Source of the DNA: an uncultured Planctomycetales bacterium
Lineage (GTDB): Bacteria; Omnitrophota; Gorgyraeia; Gygaellales; Profunditerraquicolaceae
DNA: 64,000 bases
Direction of reading: 5' to 3'
Assembly: GCA_964603585.1 (NCBI GenBank)
Contig: CAZRVK010000003.1
Coordinates: 195,693-259,692, forward strand
Under the pieces are notes generated by a model. That model saw nothing but the letters and a program-made list of their open reading frames with translations. It did not search any database and had not been told where the DNA came from. Shown one piece after another: positions 21,216 to 31,203 of the stretch (positions within the stretch are counted from its first letter, which is position 1; each line of letters begins with the position of its first letter). The translations under genes and the position numbers were made by a program.

Positions 21216-21685
21216 GATATCCATGCAGGTTTAAGATATTCGTTCTGGCTTTGTTTTTTATGTTTTTAAGCGGCATTGTTTTTGCAAATAATGCCCCGGA
21301 TTTTACTTTGCAATCCATCGGGAAAGAATCAGTCTCCTTGAGCAATTATAAAGGCAATAATCCGGTATTATTATTGTTTTGGACCACCTGGTGCCCGTAT
21401 TGCCGTGACCAGTTAATGGCCGCAAACCGGAAATACCCTGAATTAAAGAAAGCCGGTGTTGAGTTATTAGCGATAAATGTGGCAGAATCTGTTGGGAAAG
21501 TGGACAAGTTCGTGCGGTTAAGGAATTTGAATTATCCGGTGGTCTTGGATAATAATTCTTCGGTTTCGGAGGCATATTCAGTTATGGGGGTGCCGTTCTA
21601 TGTGTTGATCGATAAAGAAGGGAAGATCCTCTTTAAGGGCAACGGTTTCCCTGAACAAGAGATCAATTCTTTGATCGCAAAATAA
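21212..21685 (+). CDS. TlpA/ResA-like thiol-disulfide oxidoreductase (thioredoxin fold)
   Basis: Signal peptide then WCPYC active site. Start overlaps the ccdA stop. Confidence 0.8.
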   Translation: MRYPCRFKIFVLALFFMFLSGIVFANNAPDFTLQSIGKESVSLSNYKGNNPVLLLFWTTWCPYCRDQLMAANRKYPELKKAGVELLAINVAESVGKVDKFVRLRNLNYPVVLDNNSSVSEAYSVMGVPFYVLIDKEGKILFKGNGFPEQEINSLIAK

Positions 21686-21720
21686 TGGTTTTTCCGGTAT
21701 TTGACCGAGGCGAAAAATAA

Positions 21721-22368
21721 TTGGCGGGAAGAGGTTATAAGGTGGATCAACGGGTAGAAAGGCTCATTGATAACTGGAGTAAACGCAATATTACAGGTAT
21801 TTACTGCGATACTAAAGAGCTTGCGGCGGATAAATTGGCCGCGATGATACCGGTTTCTGGTAGTGTGGGGTTTTCCGGATCTTTGACCTTGGACCGGCTG
21901 CAAGTGGTTAAGCGCCTTCAAGACAGAGGTAATAAGCTTTTTAACCAGTATCAAATCGGGATTAGCCGCCAGGAAAGTCTTGATTTAAGAAAACAGTCTA
22001 CGATGGCCGATTATTATCTGGCCAGCGCCAATGCCATTGCTGAAACCGGAGAGCTGGTTTTTCTTAGCGCCTACGGTAATCGCAGCGCTGGGATTGCTAA
22101 TGCGACAAATGTGATCCTGGTTTGCGGGACGAATAAGATAGTCCCTAATTTAAATGCGGCTTTAAAACGGGCCAGGGAGTATGCTACCCCGCGTAATTGC
22201 GAGCGCCTTAACTGGAATAGCGCCTGCCTTAAAGACGGTATCTGCCGTAGCGCTGATTGCCTGTTTCCGGAATATAAGCGCATGTGCTGCCAGGTTTTGA
22301 TTATCGAGGCTGAAGTTGTAGAGGGTAGGCTCAAGGTGATTTTAGTCCCCGAAAATTTGGGATTTTAA
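21721..22368 (+). CDS. LUD-domain (LutC/YkgG-like) protein
   Basis: The NVILVCGTNKIVPNL segment resembles LutC-family proteins. Assignment tentative. Confidence 0.45.
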   Translation: MAGRGYKVDQRVERLIDNWSKRNITGIYCDTKELAADKLAAMIPVSGSVGFSGSLTLDRLQVVKRLQDRGNKLFNQYQIGISRQESLDLRKQSTMADYYLASANAIAETGELVFLSAYGNRSAGIANATNVILVCGTNKIVPNLNAALKRAREYATPRNCERLNWNSACLKDGICRSADCLFPEYKRMCCQVLIIEAEVVEGRLKVILVPENLGF

Positions 22369-22383
22369 CGAAAGGAAAGAACA

Positions 22384-22680
22384 ATGTTTGATAAAATGAA
22401 ACAATTGATGGAGATGCAAAAGAAGGTTCAGGAGATGAAACGCGATTTGGATAATACTACCTTTGAGGTTACAAGCGCTGATAATACGGTGAAGGTTATT
22501 ATGAATGGGTCGCAGGAGGTGAAAGAGGTGGTTATTCAGAAAGAACTTCAGGGTTTAGAAAAAGCGAACCTGGAAAGGGCGGTAAAAGAGGTTTATAACA
22601 AAGCAATAAAGCGTTCACATGACATTGCTGCGCAGAAAATGAAGAACATACCCGGTTTTAATATCCCGGGCTTAACCTGA
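22384..22680 (+). CDS. ybaB: nucleoid-associated protein YbaB/EbfC
   Basis: 98 aa, MFDKMKQLMEMQKKVQEMKRDL is the classic YbaB N-terminus. Confidence 0.9.
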   Translation: MFDKMKQLMEMQKKVQEMKRDLDNTTFEVTSADNTVKVIMNGSQEVKEVVIQKELQGLEKANLERAVKEVYNKAIKRSHDIAAQKMKNIPGFNIPGLT

Positions 22681-22695
22681 TCTATTGACAAAAAC

Positions 22696-23163
22696 ATGTT
22701 CTCAAAAGAGCTTAAACAATTACTTTCGAAACGGGAATTTATCAGCGTTGCTACCTGTGATGCCGCAGGCCAGCCCAATGCTGCGCCAAAATTCTTCTTA
22801 AAGATCGAAGATAATCACATCTATCTGATCGATTATGCCATGGGCAGGACCTGGCATAATTTAAAGGCTAACCCTCGGATCTCTATGTCTTTTATGGATA
22901 CGGAAAGCCTGATCGGTTATCAAATCAACGGCGTTGCGGAGATAATTGATAAAGGTCTGGAGTTTGAGGAGATTTTAAAGCAATTATTGGCAAAACAAGT
23001 CAGCCTTTCCACAAAAAGGGTGATTGAAGGGATATCTACCGGGAAAAAACATACTAATTTTGAAGTAGAGATCACTGAAAAATTCGTGATTTTAAAGATA
23101 AAAGCAGCGGAGATAGTAGAGATTGGCCCGCGAGGCGAGATTAAGAGAGAGAAGACATTATGA
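22696..23163 (+). CDS. pyridoxamine 5'-phosphate oxidase-like FMN-binding split-barrel protein (tentative)
   Basis: 155 aa with weak pattern similarity only. Confidence 0.35.
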   Translation: MFSKELKQLLSKREFISVATCDAAGQPNAAPKFFLKIEDNHIYLIDYAMGRTWHNLKANPRISMSFMDTESLIGYQINGVAEIIDKGLEFEEILKQLLAKQVSLSTKRVIEGISTGKKHTNFEVEITEKFVILKIKAAEIVEIGPRGEIKREKTL

Positions 23164-24194
23164 TCATAAAAGGCCTGGCTACAGGTATTGGTAGCCTGCC
23201 GTATAAGGATTATTCAGAAGCTTTGGATCTGGTGTTTGAATATTGCCCCCAGGTCCCTTTTTGGCCGCAATTGCCTAAAAAAGATGTGCGGGAAGGGATG
23301 ATGGCGCAATTTAGCGAAAATCTGCCCTGTTTAAAGGTTTCCGGTGATGGCCTGTATTTTGACGGCCGCGCTCAAGATTCGGAGTTGGAAAGATTTTATG
23401 AGCAGATAATCTCTAATAATATAGAACATTTTAAGATCGGTAGGGATTTTGCTGTGGGGTTGCACGGGTTTTACCAGAGGCTGGAAAAGGTGGGAGTAAA
23501 AGATGTCCAGTTCATCAAATGCCATGTTGTCGGGCCCTTTACTTTTGCTGCTGGGATAAATGATGCCCAGGGGGTGGCGTTACTGCACGATCCAATGTTC
23601 ATGCAGGTTATTTTAAAAGGGTTGGCGATGAAGGCGCTTTGGCAGGTAAATTTCTTCCGTAAATTCGCTAAACCGGTCATTGTTTTTATTGATGAGCCGT
23701 ATTTGGGATGTTTTGGTTCGGCTTATACTGCTTTGAATAAGGATGATGTAATTAAGGGGCTATGCGAGTTTACCGATAGCCTTAGGTCTGATGATGTTAC
23801 GGTAGGAGTACATTGCTGCGGAAATACCGATTGGTCGATTTTTACCGCTACCAAAGGGATTGGAATCATCAATTTTGATGCGTTTAATTTCCTGGATAAG
23901 GTTGTGCTTTATGCTGATGAGCTTAAGGGTTTCTTGGCCCGGGGGGGTGTTCTTGGCTGGGGGATTGTTCCAACCCAGGAATTTAACTTTAAAACTACTC
24001 CGGATGCTTTAATGGATAAGCTTCTCAAGGGTATAGATGTTTTAGTTAAGAAAGGTATAGATAGGGGCATGCTTTTAAACCAACTGCTGCTTACTCCCGC
24101 ATGCGGTTTAGGTTCTTTGGATACAAAGTATGCCGAAGGAATACTTCAGCTGCTTTCTAAGACCTCACAGGCGGTAAAAAACCTCTTAACCTAA
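23160..24194 (+). CDS. UroD/MetE-superfamily protein (cobalamin-independent methionine synthase-like)
   Basis: 344 aa. N-terminal GLATGIGSLPYKD resembles short archaeal-type MetE. Tentative. Confidence 0.4.
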   Translation: MIIKGLATGIGSLPYKDYSEALDLVFEYCPQVPFWPQLPKKDVREGMMAQFSENLPCLKVSGDGLYFDGRAQDSELERFYEQIISNNIEHFKIGRDFAVGLHGFYQRLEKVGVKDVQFIKCHVVGPFTFAAGINDAQGVALLHDPMFMQVILKGLAMKALWQVNFFRKFAKPVIVFIDEPYLGCFGSAYTALNKDDVIKGLCEFTDSLRSDDVTVGVHCCGNTDWSIFTATKGIGIINFDAFNFLDKVVLYADELKGFLARGGVLGWGIVPTQEFNFKTTPDALMDKLLKGIDVLVKKGIDRGMLLNQLLLTPACGLGSLDTKYAEGILQLLSKTSQAVKNLLT

Positions 24195-24325
24195 AATTTG
24201 CATTAGAGAAATATATCTGTAAAGTTAGTAGTAAGAAAAAGGTGAAATGCAAATTTTACCGATGGCCGCCTTTGGCGGGGTTAGCCCCGCTATCCGCAAT
24301 TGTTGCGGCGTAGCGGCTCGAAGGG

Positions 24326-24349
24326 CAGATTTTGCTTTTGCAAAATCTG
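24326..24349. promoter_or_regulatory. perfect 10-bp-arm palindrome CAGATTTTGC-N4-GCAAAATCTG upstream of the por operon (candidate operator)
   Basis: Read directly from the sequence. Lies ~15 bp upstream of a sigma70-like promoter. Confidence 0.5.
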
Positions 24350-24365
24350 GGCTAAAATAAAACAT

Positions 24366-24394
24366 TTGACAAAATAGGATAAAAATAGTAATAT
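24366..24394 (+). promoter_or_regulatory. sigma70-like promoter (TTGACA-17-TAATAT) for the por operon
   Basis: ttgaca aaataggataaaaatag taatat, about 40 nt upstream of porG. Confidence 0.5.
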
Positions 24395-24434
24395 AGGGCT
24401 GTTTTTCATTAGCCTAATAATTAAGGAGTAACCG

Positions 24435-24977
24435 ATGAAAGAGATCCGTATTCACGCCCGTGCCGGGCAGGGCGCTATTACCACTGCTTCTTTATTGGGG
24501 TATGCCTATTTTTTAAAAGGGATGTATCCTTCTGCATTCCCTCATTTTGGTGCGGCCAGGATGGGTGCGCCAATGAACGCCTTTGTGCGCGTAGATTCGA
24601 AACCTGTGCGCTTAAGGAGCCAGATTTATGAGCCGGATTACCTGCTGATCATGGATTCTACATTAATGCGTGGTTTTAACTGTTTTTCCGGGTTAAAGGA
24701 TAAAGGGATCGCGATAATTAATGATAAAGAAACGGCGGAAATGCCTAAAGTTAAGCCGCAACAGAAGGTTTTTGTTGTTCCCGCTAATGATATTGCGATG
24801 AAGACTATCGGCAGGCCCTTAGGCAACACTGCGTTATTAGGGGCTTTTTGTGCGGTTAGCGGTGAGCTCAAAATGGATGATTTGTTGGAAGCGGTCAAAA
24901 AGCGGTTCTCTGGCCGTGCCCAGGAAAGTAATCTTGAAGCAGTAAAGCAGGGGTTTGAGTATATAAAAAACAGGTGA
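24435..24977 (+). CDS. porG: 2-oxoacid(pyruvate):ferredoxin oxidoreductase gamma subunit
   Basis: N-terminus RIHARAGQGAITTASLL. Confidence 0.85.
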   Translation: MKEIRIHARAGQGAITTASLLGYAYFLKGMYPSAFPHFGAARMGAPMNAFVRVDSKPVRLRSQIYEPDYLLIMDSTLMRGFNCFSGLKDKGIAIINDKETAEMPKVKPQQKVFVVPANDIAMKTIGRPLGNTALLGAFCAVSGELKMDDLLEAVKKRFSGRAQESNLEAVKQGFEYIKNR

Positions 24978-25008
24978 TCTGTAAGGTGTTTTCTAAAGGA
25001 GAATATAG

Positions 25009-25293
25009 ATGTTTGGTCCATTAATCGTAAAGCCGGGTAGTAGCCGTAACAATAAGACTGGTTCCTGGCGTGTTGAGGTAAGGCCGAAGTTTTTGCAAAA
25101 AGATTGTATCGCCTGTAAAATGTGCCTGGCGATTTGCCCGGAGGCATGCATTAGCGGGGTTGAAAAGAATACTTATATTTGCGATTATGCTTATTGTAAA
25201 GGTTGTGGCAACTGTGCGGCGATTTGCCCCAAAAAAGATATTGAGATGATCAAGGAAGAATCTCTGGACGCCGGAAACCCTAAGGCAAAATAA
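25009..25293 (+). CDS. porD: 2-oxoacid:ferredoxin oxidoreductase delta subunit (2x[4Fe-4S] ferredoxin)
   Basis: Two CxxCxxCxxxCP motifs. Confidence 0.85.
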   Translation: MFGPLIVKPGSSRNNKTGSWRVEVRPKFLQKDCIACKMCLAICPEACISGVEKNTYICDYAYCKGCGNCAAICPKKDIEMIKEESLDAGNPKAK

Positions 25294-25309
25294 TAAAGGA
25301 ATAATAAAG

Positions 25310-26491
25310 ATGAAGGAATTCTTAGAAGGATCTCATGCAGTAGCAGAAGCGATAAAGTTATGCAAGCCTGGGGTAATTTCGGCTTATCCGATAACACCCC
25401 AGACACATATTGTTGAAGATTTAGCGCAGATGGTAGCAGATGGTGCAATAAACGCACAGTTTGTCAATGTGGAAAGCGAGCATTCTGCCGCTTCTACTGT
25501 TTTAGGAGGTTCAGCGGCAGGGGTGAGGACATATACCGCAACCAGTTCTCAAGGGCTGTTTTATATGGCAGAGGTGGTTTTTAATATCGCCGGGATGCGT
25601 CTGCCGGTGGTGATGACTGATGCTAACCGCGCCATATCTGCTCCGATAAATATCTGGAATGACCATCAGGACACTATTTCCTTGCGTGATTCCGGATGGA
25701 TCCAGCTTTATGCCGAAGATATTCAGGAAGCCGTAGATTTACATTTCATGGCGTATCGTATTGCAGAAGATAAAAGTATGATGCTGCCGGTTATGGTGTG
25801 CATGGACGGTTTTACTCTTACCCATGGGATCGAGACCGTGGATTTGCCTTCCCAGGAGCAGGTAGATAAATTCCTGCCTACCTACAAACCACTTTATAAA
25901 CTGGATGTGAATAATCCTATGACTCTTGGTCCATTAGTCGACCCGGATGGGTATATGGAGGCGAGATTTGCCTTGCAGAAAACGCATGAAGATGCATTGA
26001 AATTTATCCCGCAGATAATGGCGGAGTTTTCTAAAGAGTTTGGGCGTAACTATGCAGGTTTAGTCGAGGGGTATCAATTAGATGACGCTGAACGGGTGAT
26101 CGTTGCCATGGGATCGGTTTGCGGGACGATCAAAGATGTGATCGATGAATTACGCCTTAAGGGTAAAAAGGTTGGGCTGCTTAAGATTGTCAGTTACCGG
26201 CCCCTGCCGGTACAGGCGATTTATGATGCATTAAAAAATGTTCCTAAAGTAGCGGTTTTAGACCGGGCGGTGTCTTTGGGTTCATTTGCTCCGGTATTTT
26301 CAGAGATAAAAGCGGTGTTTTTCGGCAAAAAGAAGTCGCCTAAAGTTATCAGTAGTTTTATCGTAGGTTTAGGCGGCAGGGATATTACGAAAGATTCGAT
26401 CAAAGAAATTTACAGGATGCTGACCACAAAAGAAGTGCAGGGTGAGTTCATCGATTTAAAACCCGAGCTCCTGAAGGAGAAGTATGAATAA
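25310..26491 (+). CDS. porA: 2-oxoacid:ferredoxin oxidoreductase alpha subunit
   Basis: 393 aa POR/KOR alpha-subunit core. Confidence 0.85.
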   Translation: MKEFLEGSHAVAEAIKLCKPGVISAYPITPQTHIVEDLAQMVADGAINAQFVNVESEHSAASTVLGGSAAGVRTYTATSSQGLFYMAEVVFNIAGMRLPVVMTDANRAISAPINIWNDHQDTISLRDSGWIQLYAEDIQEAVDLHFMAYRIAEDKSMMLPVMVCMDGFTLTHGIETVDLPSQEQVDKFLPTYKPLYKLDVNNPMTLGPLVDPDGYMEARFALQKTHEDALKFIPQIMAEFSKEFGRNYAGLVEGYQLDDAERVIVAMGSVCGTIKDVIDELRLKGKKVGLLKIVSYRPLPVQAIYDALKNVPKVAVLDRAVSLGSFAPVFSEIKAVFFGKKKSPKVISSFIVGLGGRDITKDSIKEIYRMLTTKEVQGEFIDLKPELLKEKYE

Positions 26492-27359
26492 TCATCTATT
26501 TTCAGCAGGGCATACTGCCTGTTCAGGTTGCGGTCAGTCGTTGGCTGCCCGCCTGGTAATTGATGCCGCAGGCAAGAATACAATGGTGGTAAATAATACA
26601 GGGTGTCTGGAAGTATTTTCTACGAAGTATCCAGAATCAGCCTGGGAGATACCTTGGGTGCATTCTTTGTTCGAGAATGCCGCCGCAGTAGCTTCTGGGG
26701 TTGAATCTGCCCTGAAATATTTAGGCACAAAAGATTCCATTAATGTCATTGCTCAAGGCGGTGACGGTTCAACTGCGGATATTGGTTTGCAGGCGCTTTC
26801 CGGGATGTTGGAACGCGGGCATGACATATTATATGTTTGTTATGATAATGAAGCTTATATGAATACCGGGGTGCAAAGAAGCGGGTTGACACCTTTTGAG
26901 ACGAATACTACTACCAGCCCGGCGGGTTTAAAATCTGTAGGCAATATGCGGCCGAAGAAACCTATGCCGGAGATCGCCATGGCTCACGGTATACCTTATG
27001 TGGCAACTGCTTCGGTTGGTTTTCCTCAAGATCTGCAACGAAAGGTTAAAAAGGCTTTGAGCATCAAAGGCCCTAAATATATGCAAATCCATGTGCCTTG
27101 CCCATTAGGCTGGAGGCATCCTTCTGCAATGACATTCGATGTCGCCAAATTAGCCGTGGAATGCGGGTTATATCCTTTAATAGAATACGAATCATCTAAA
27201 TTAAGCGCCGTCCGGCAGATACAGCCTAAACCGGTAGAAGAGTATTTGAAGGCGCAGGGCAGGTTTAAACATCTTTTGAATAATCCGGAGGCAATAAAGC
27301 AAATCCAGGATATTGCAGACAGCAATATCTTAAAATATAATCTGAAAGTGCAGGGTTAA
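26484..27359 (+). CDS. porB: 2-oxoacid:ferredoxin oxidoreductase beta subunit (TPP-binding)
   Basis: CSGCGQ N-terminus with GDG TPP motif. Overlaps the porA stop. Confidence 0.85.
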   Translation: MNNHLFSAGHTACSGCGQSLAARLVIDAAGKNTMVVNNTGCLEVFSTKYPESAWEIPWVHSLFENAAAVASGVESALKYLGTKDSINVIAQGGDGSTADIGLQALSGMLERGHDILYVCYDNEAYMNTGVQRSGLTPFETNTTTSPAGLKSVGNMRPKKPMPEIAMAHGIPYVATASVGFPQDLQRKVKKALSIKGPKYMQIHVPCPLGWRHPSAMTFDVAKLAVECGLYPLIEYESSKLSAVRQIQPKPVEEYLKAQGRFKHLLNNPEAIKQIQDIADSNILKYNLKVQG

Positions 27360-27433
27360 GCGGTTTTGGAAGAGATAAGTTTGTAAGCGGTATAGCCTGC
27401 TTATAACTTATAATGGGTTAATCGGAGGTGTTT

Positions 27434-27913
27434 ATGGGAAAACAAGCAAGAGCAATCGTGGATTTGAGTCTCAAAGAGTTAGTGCATGACTTGAATAAAG
27501 CTTATGCGGATGAATGGCTGGCATTTTATCTGTATTGGTATATGGCACAGATGGTTTCCGGCAGGGCGTATGAGGATATTGCAGAATTCCTGAATAAGAT
27601 CGCTAAGGATGAGCTTGAGCATGCAACAGAAATCGCTGATTTAATTGTAAAATTAGGCGGGGCGCCGATCGCTAATCCTATGGACCTGGAAAAGAACGCC
27701 AATGCGCCTTATTTAATGCCTCCTAAGAACTCCGCAGACATTAATAGGATTATCCGTATTGTTACCGAAGCAGAAGCAGGGGCAATTGAGGTTTATAATA
27801 AGATCGCCAAGAAAACCTTTGGAAAAGATAATGTTACATATCAGTTAGTTACGCATATTCTGTCTGAAGAGGTAACGCACGAGGAGATGTTTGAGAATTT
27901 GTTAGAACGATAG
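27434..27913 (+). CDS. ferritin-like diiron protein (bacterioferritin/Dps family)
   Basis: Four-helix ferritin signatures with E...ELEH and EEVTHEE iron ligands. Confidence 0.6.
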   Translation: MGKQARAIVDLSLKELVHDLNKAYADEWLAFYLYWYMAQMVSGRAYEDIAEFLNKIAKDELEHATEIADLIVKLGGAPIANPMDLEKNANAPYLMPPKNSADINRIIRIVTEAEAGAIEVYNKIAKKTFGKDNVTYQLVTHILSEEVTHEEMFENLLER

Positions 27914-27939
27914 TTTTTTAAACCGAAAGGGTAATTAAG

Positions 27940-28122
27940 ATGGCAAAGGTAACAGTAGATGCAGCAACATGCGTAGGTTGTGGTTTATGTGAACAGTTAT
28001 GCCCGGATGTATTTCAAGTACAGGGTGATGGCCTTGCCCATGTAAAAGCCGATAGCAGTGCTACTTGTAATCTTAAAGAAGTCGCGGATCAATGTCCGGT
28101 AAGTGCAATTAAAATAAGCTGA
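27940..28122 (+). CDS. small [4Fe-4S]/[3Fe-4S] ferredoxin
   Basis: CVGCGLCEQLCP ... CP motif. 60 aa. Confidence 0.8.
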   Translation: MAKVTVDAATCVGCGLCEQLCPDVFQVQGDGLAHVKADSSATCNLKEVADQCPVSAIKIS

Positions 28123-28147
28123 ATCAATTGATTTTCAGTTGGAGTAT

Positions 28148-28196
28148 AAACGACCCTCTTATCAAGCTCTGAATTGGTAAGAGGGTCGTTTCTTTG
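28148..28196. terminator. bidirectional rho-independent terminator between the ferredoxin (+) and gspK-like (-) genes
   Basis: AAACGACCCTCTTA ... TAAGAGGGTCGTTT 14-bp stem with A/T runs on both sides. Confidence 0.8.
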
Positions 28197-28200
28197 TAAA

Positions 28201-31194
28201 TCACGAGTCAGGAAGGAAATCTGTATTAGGTATCTCGATCCATGAACCTACCGCAGTAGCCATGGGGTTCCCGCTTCCAGTTGAGCCGCTGGTGGCGAAA
28301 TTGGTTTCATAGGCATAATTATATTTAGGGTATAAGTAATATCCTTGTGAAGTGCCTGTCGGATAATTATAAGGGGAATAGTGAGGTAAATACCCGTGGG
28401 CATAATAGCCGTAATGGTAATAACCATAGGTATCATAGCCGGGTTCGGCGGCATATGTCCAAATGTTATCTTTGTTCTTGATCGAATAAGATAGAGGGAC
28501 CCATCCGCGGTAAATATCCTCCAGTTGGATAAAAGCGCCTGTTATGTTACGGGTTTTCTGCTGGCCATCTTGGGATATCCATCGTTCCAGCGTGTATCCA
28601 CGTGGATCATAAGGGGTGACTACCGCGGTGTTATAGATCACATCATGATCAACCCGGTTAGGCTGGGTTGATTCGGTGGCCAGATCATAATTTGTTTCTC
28701 CCGCATTTAAAAGGGCGCTTTGGCATGCGCCTGCTTCCGGATAAAGTTCGGGATTAAAGATCTGTTTTATATTATCCACCGTCCAAGAGCTGGGTAGAGT
28801 AATGTTGTATTTAGTCAAGAAATTCTTGACTGTCTGGGGTAAACTATCGCTTGAAGGGGTAATGCCTTTTTGGGTCAGATAAGTATCGAGGAAATACTGG
28901 CTTTTTAGTGAATGAGGATAGGAATTTTCTCCGACTTTCCAGTAGTTGTATGAAGAGATTTCCGCCAGATTATTGATACTGTTTATGTAATCCTCGAAAT
29001 TATCCGATACGGTATAGATCATTCTTTGCGAGCTGATCAGGGCGGCATTCCTCCACTGGTACTCTGAATCTGATCCTCCATGTGCTTGTTTGTAGCTTGT
29101 ATAGGCTTCGGTCTCTTTATCCCGGGAATAATCCAGGTTAAAACTGCCTTGGACATAAATATTGTGCGGGGTTACTACAGTTAATCCATTCTCCGGCAGT
29201 ATCCCGGCATTTTTTACCCTGACCGAGAAATCCCCTTGATAAATGTCATTGCTATCGGGATTTTCGATATAAATTACTCCGTTGAATTCCTGGCCATTGT
29301 CTTCAAGATAGGTTCTTAGTTTTTCCACATCGATATCGATCACTTTAGTCTTGCGCGCGTACTTCATATTATTCACATCGTTAAAGCGAGGGGAACTCCA
29401 ATAATATTCAGAAACCCCGGGTTGGCGCAATGGATTGAAGAATTCTGTAAAAGTTACTGCTCCGCAGGCTGTTAATTCTTCGGGGATATTCCAATCCCAA
29501 TAAGGAGGGACGTTGTTATAGGCCTCTGACAGCGCGTCGTTTACCCGCATATCAAATTCATTGAATAAGTCATCGGATATTTCTCCTGCTTCGTAGCGGT
29601 AATACATCTGGTCCCATATTTCACCCACACTATTTATGGTAAAGTTTATGGTTTCTCCATTGGAGAGGGTGATGGAATATGGTGTATTGGCCCATGCGGT
29701 ATATTCGGCAGTTTGGCCTTTGGTAAGTAGAATACCGCCCTCTTCGGATTTTTTCTTGTAATTACTTTCTAACTTCAGGGGGACCATATATGTGCCGCCG
29801 TTAGAACCGTCTTTTAGTATATCGGATAAAGGCATGGTTTGGGTTTGATTCGTGTCGGTTTGTGTGATCGATACCTGTTTGTCCTGCAGCCACGTGTTCC
29901 ATTCAGAGGATTGTTCCTTGGTGTTGAAGTATTTTACATCGATTATATCGCTTCCGGTGCGGTCATTACCGTAGACTAAATCGTCCCACCATTCGTGGTT
30001 TACATCAGACGGGGCATCCGCGATCCAGTTGCCGGTATCATTCAGGTTATACCAGGCACGGATGAATCTTTTGGCTAAATTACCGGTGGTGGCTGTATTT
30101 GCATCGGTGAATCCGTTGGTTTGTTTCCATGCCTCCCAGTTAAAAGCGCTGGGATCGGAAATAAAAGTATCATATTCGGCCTGGCTTAAAAGATAAGTTT
30201 TCTGTGTGCCTGCGCTGGGATTGCCCTGGCTAAACGCCTTTCCGGCCAGATCGCTGTTGGTTATTCTTACCGAAACAGTTTTTTCCTTAGAATCCTTTTC
30301 CCCGCTGTATTTATCCCACTGCCAGGTCCTGTCCAGTTCAGACGGTAACATTCCCGTGCCCCAATTTGTGCCCTCGAACTTTGCATTGGTCCCCCAGTTG
30401 AATTTACTGATAATCCCATAGCGAAAGTCAGAAGGGAAGGAAAAATCGAATGGGGGGGCGGTGTTTTGGATCATAGGGATCACGCCATCGATAGCAGTGG
30501 TCCCGTAATTCTTATCATAATAATATGGCGAGGTGTATTGGGAATTGTAGATCTGGAAATATCCGTTGTTTGCCGCGTTTGCCGTGCTTAATTCAAGCAG
30601 GTTCTTGAACACAGGGCTGCCCTTAAAGGTGATTGCTCCGTTTACATGTATTTTCCCATATCCTGATCCATCGAAAGTAGCTGTATCAAAAGTAGTGCTA
30701 TTAGGAAAGAAATAAAAATATTCAAAAAGAGAGTTTTTGCTTATCCGTAATTCAAGCGTGCGCGATATCCTTCCGGTGGGGGATTTACCCTGGGAGTGTA
30801 TTATTATAACCCCTGTTTCATTGCCTCCTGAATCGATCTCCGGGAATACTACGACATTGAAATGGTGTCCGCTAACGGAATATATCCCGGAGCTGTTTAT
30901 ACTGCCTCCCATTTGTACCTGGTAAGTGCTTGATGTTACAGGGTTAAGTGACAGCGGGTTGCCGCTCCAGTCATGAGTCAGCCATTTGTAGTCACTTAAC
31001 GATAGTTCGCCGTAGGCATAATTTATCCCTTCCTCCGCATGGTAGAAAGCATCTATTGAATCCTTTTCTGCCTGGGAGTTTTTGTATTCTGAAAACAGGC
31101 GGATGAATAAGGCGGAGGCGATCATGCTTAAAAAAAGCATTACCGTTATGGAAACCAGTAGTGCTACTCCTTTGGTGTTTTTTAGTTTGTTCAT
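28201..31194 (-). CDS. giant GspK/PilX-like minor pseudopilin (997 aa) with Tyr/Gly-rich C-terminus
   Basis: N-terminus KGVALLVSITVMLFLSMIASALF matches the GspK/PilX N-terminal helix. Last gene of an I-J-K-like operon. C-terminus is YGYYHYGYYAHGYLPHYSPYNYP. Confidence 0.55.
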   Translation of the reverse strand: MNKLKNTKGVALLVSITVMLFLSMIASALFIRLFSEYKNSQAEKDSIDAFYHAEEGINYAYGELSLSDYKWLTHDWSGNPLSLNPVTSSTYQVQMGGSINSSGIYSVSGHHFNVVVFPEIDSGGNETGVIIIHSQGKSPTGRISRTLELRISKNSLFEYFYFFPNSTTFDTATFDGSGYGKIHVNGAITFKGSPVFKNLLELSTANAANNGYFQIYNSQYTSPYYYDKNYGTTAIDGVIPMIQNTAPPFDFSFPSDFRYGIISKFNWGTNAKFEGTNWGTGMLPSELDRTWQWDKYSGEKDSKEKTVSVRITNSDLAGKAFSQGNPSAGTQKTYLLSQAEYDTFISDPSAFNWEAWKQTNGFTDANTATTGNLAKRFIRAWYNLNDTGNWIADAPSDVNHEWWDDLVYGNDRTGSDIIDVKYFNTKEQSSEWNTWLQDKQVSITQTDTNQTQTMPLSDILKDGSNGGTYMVPLKLESNYKKKSEEGGILLTKGQTAEYTAWANTPYSITLSNGETINFTINSVGEIWDQMYYRYEAGEISDDLFNEFDMRVNDALSEAYNNVPPYWDWNIPEELTACGAVTFTEFFNPLRQPGVSEYYWSSPRFNDVNNMKYARKTKVIDIDVEKLRTYLEDNGQEFNGVIYIENPDSNDIYQGDFSVRVKNAGILPENGLTVVTPHNIYVQGSFNLDYSRDKETEAYTSYKQAHGGSDSEYQWRNAALISSQRMIYTVSDNFEDYINSINNLAEISSYNYWKVGENSYPHSLKSQYFLDTYLTQKGITPSSDSLPQTVKNFLTKYNITLPSSWTVDNIKQIFNPELYPEAGACQSALLNAGETNYDLATESTQPNRVDHDVIYNTAVVTPYDPRGYTLERWISQDGQQKTRNITGAFIQLEDIYRGWVPLSYSIKNKDNIWTYAAEPGYDTYGYYHYGYYAHGYLPHYSPYNYPTGTSQGYYLYPKYNYAYETNFATSGSTGSGNPMATAVGSWIEIPNTDFLPDS

Positions 31195-31203
31195 TTTAGC
31201 CTC

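Noticed and set aside
24638-25147. 169-aa minus-strand ORF spanning porG-porD
   Set aside because: Antisense to two clearly identifiable PFOR subunit genes.
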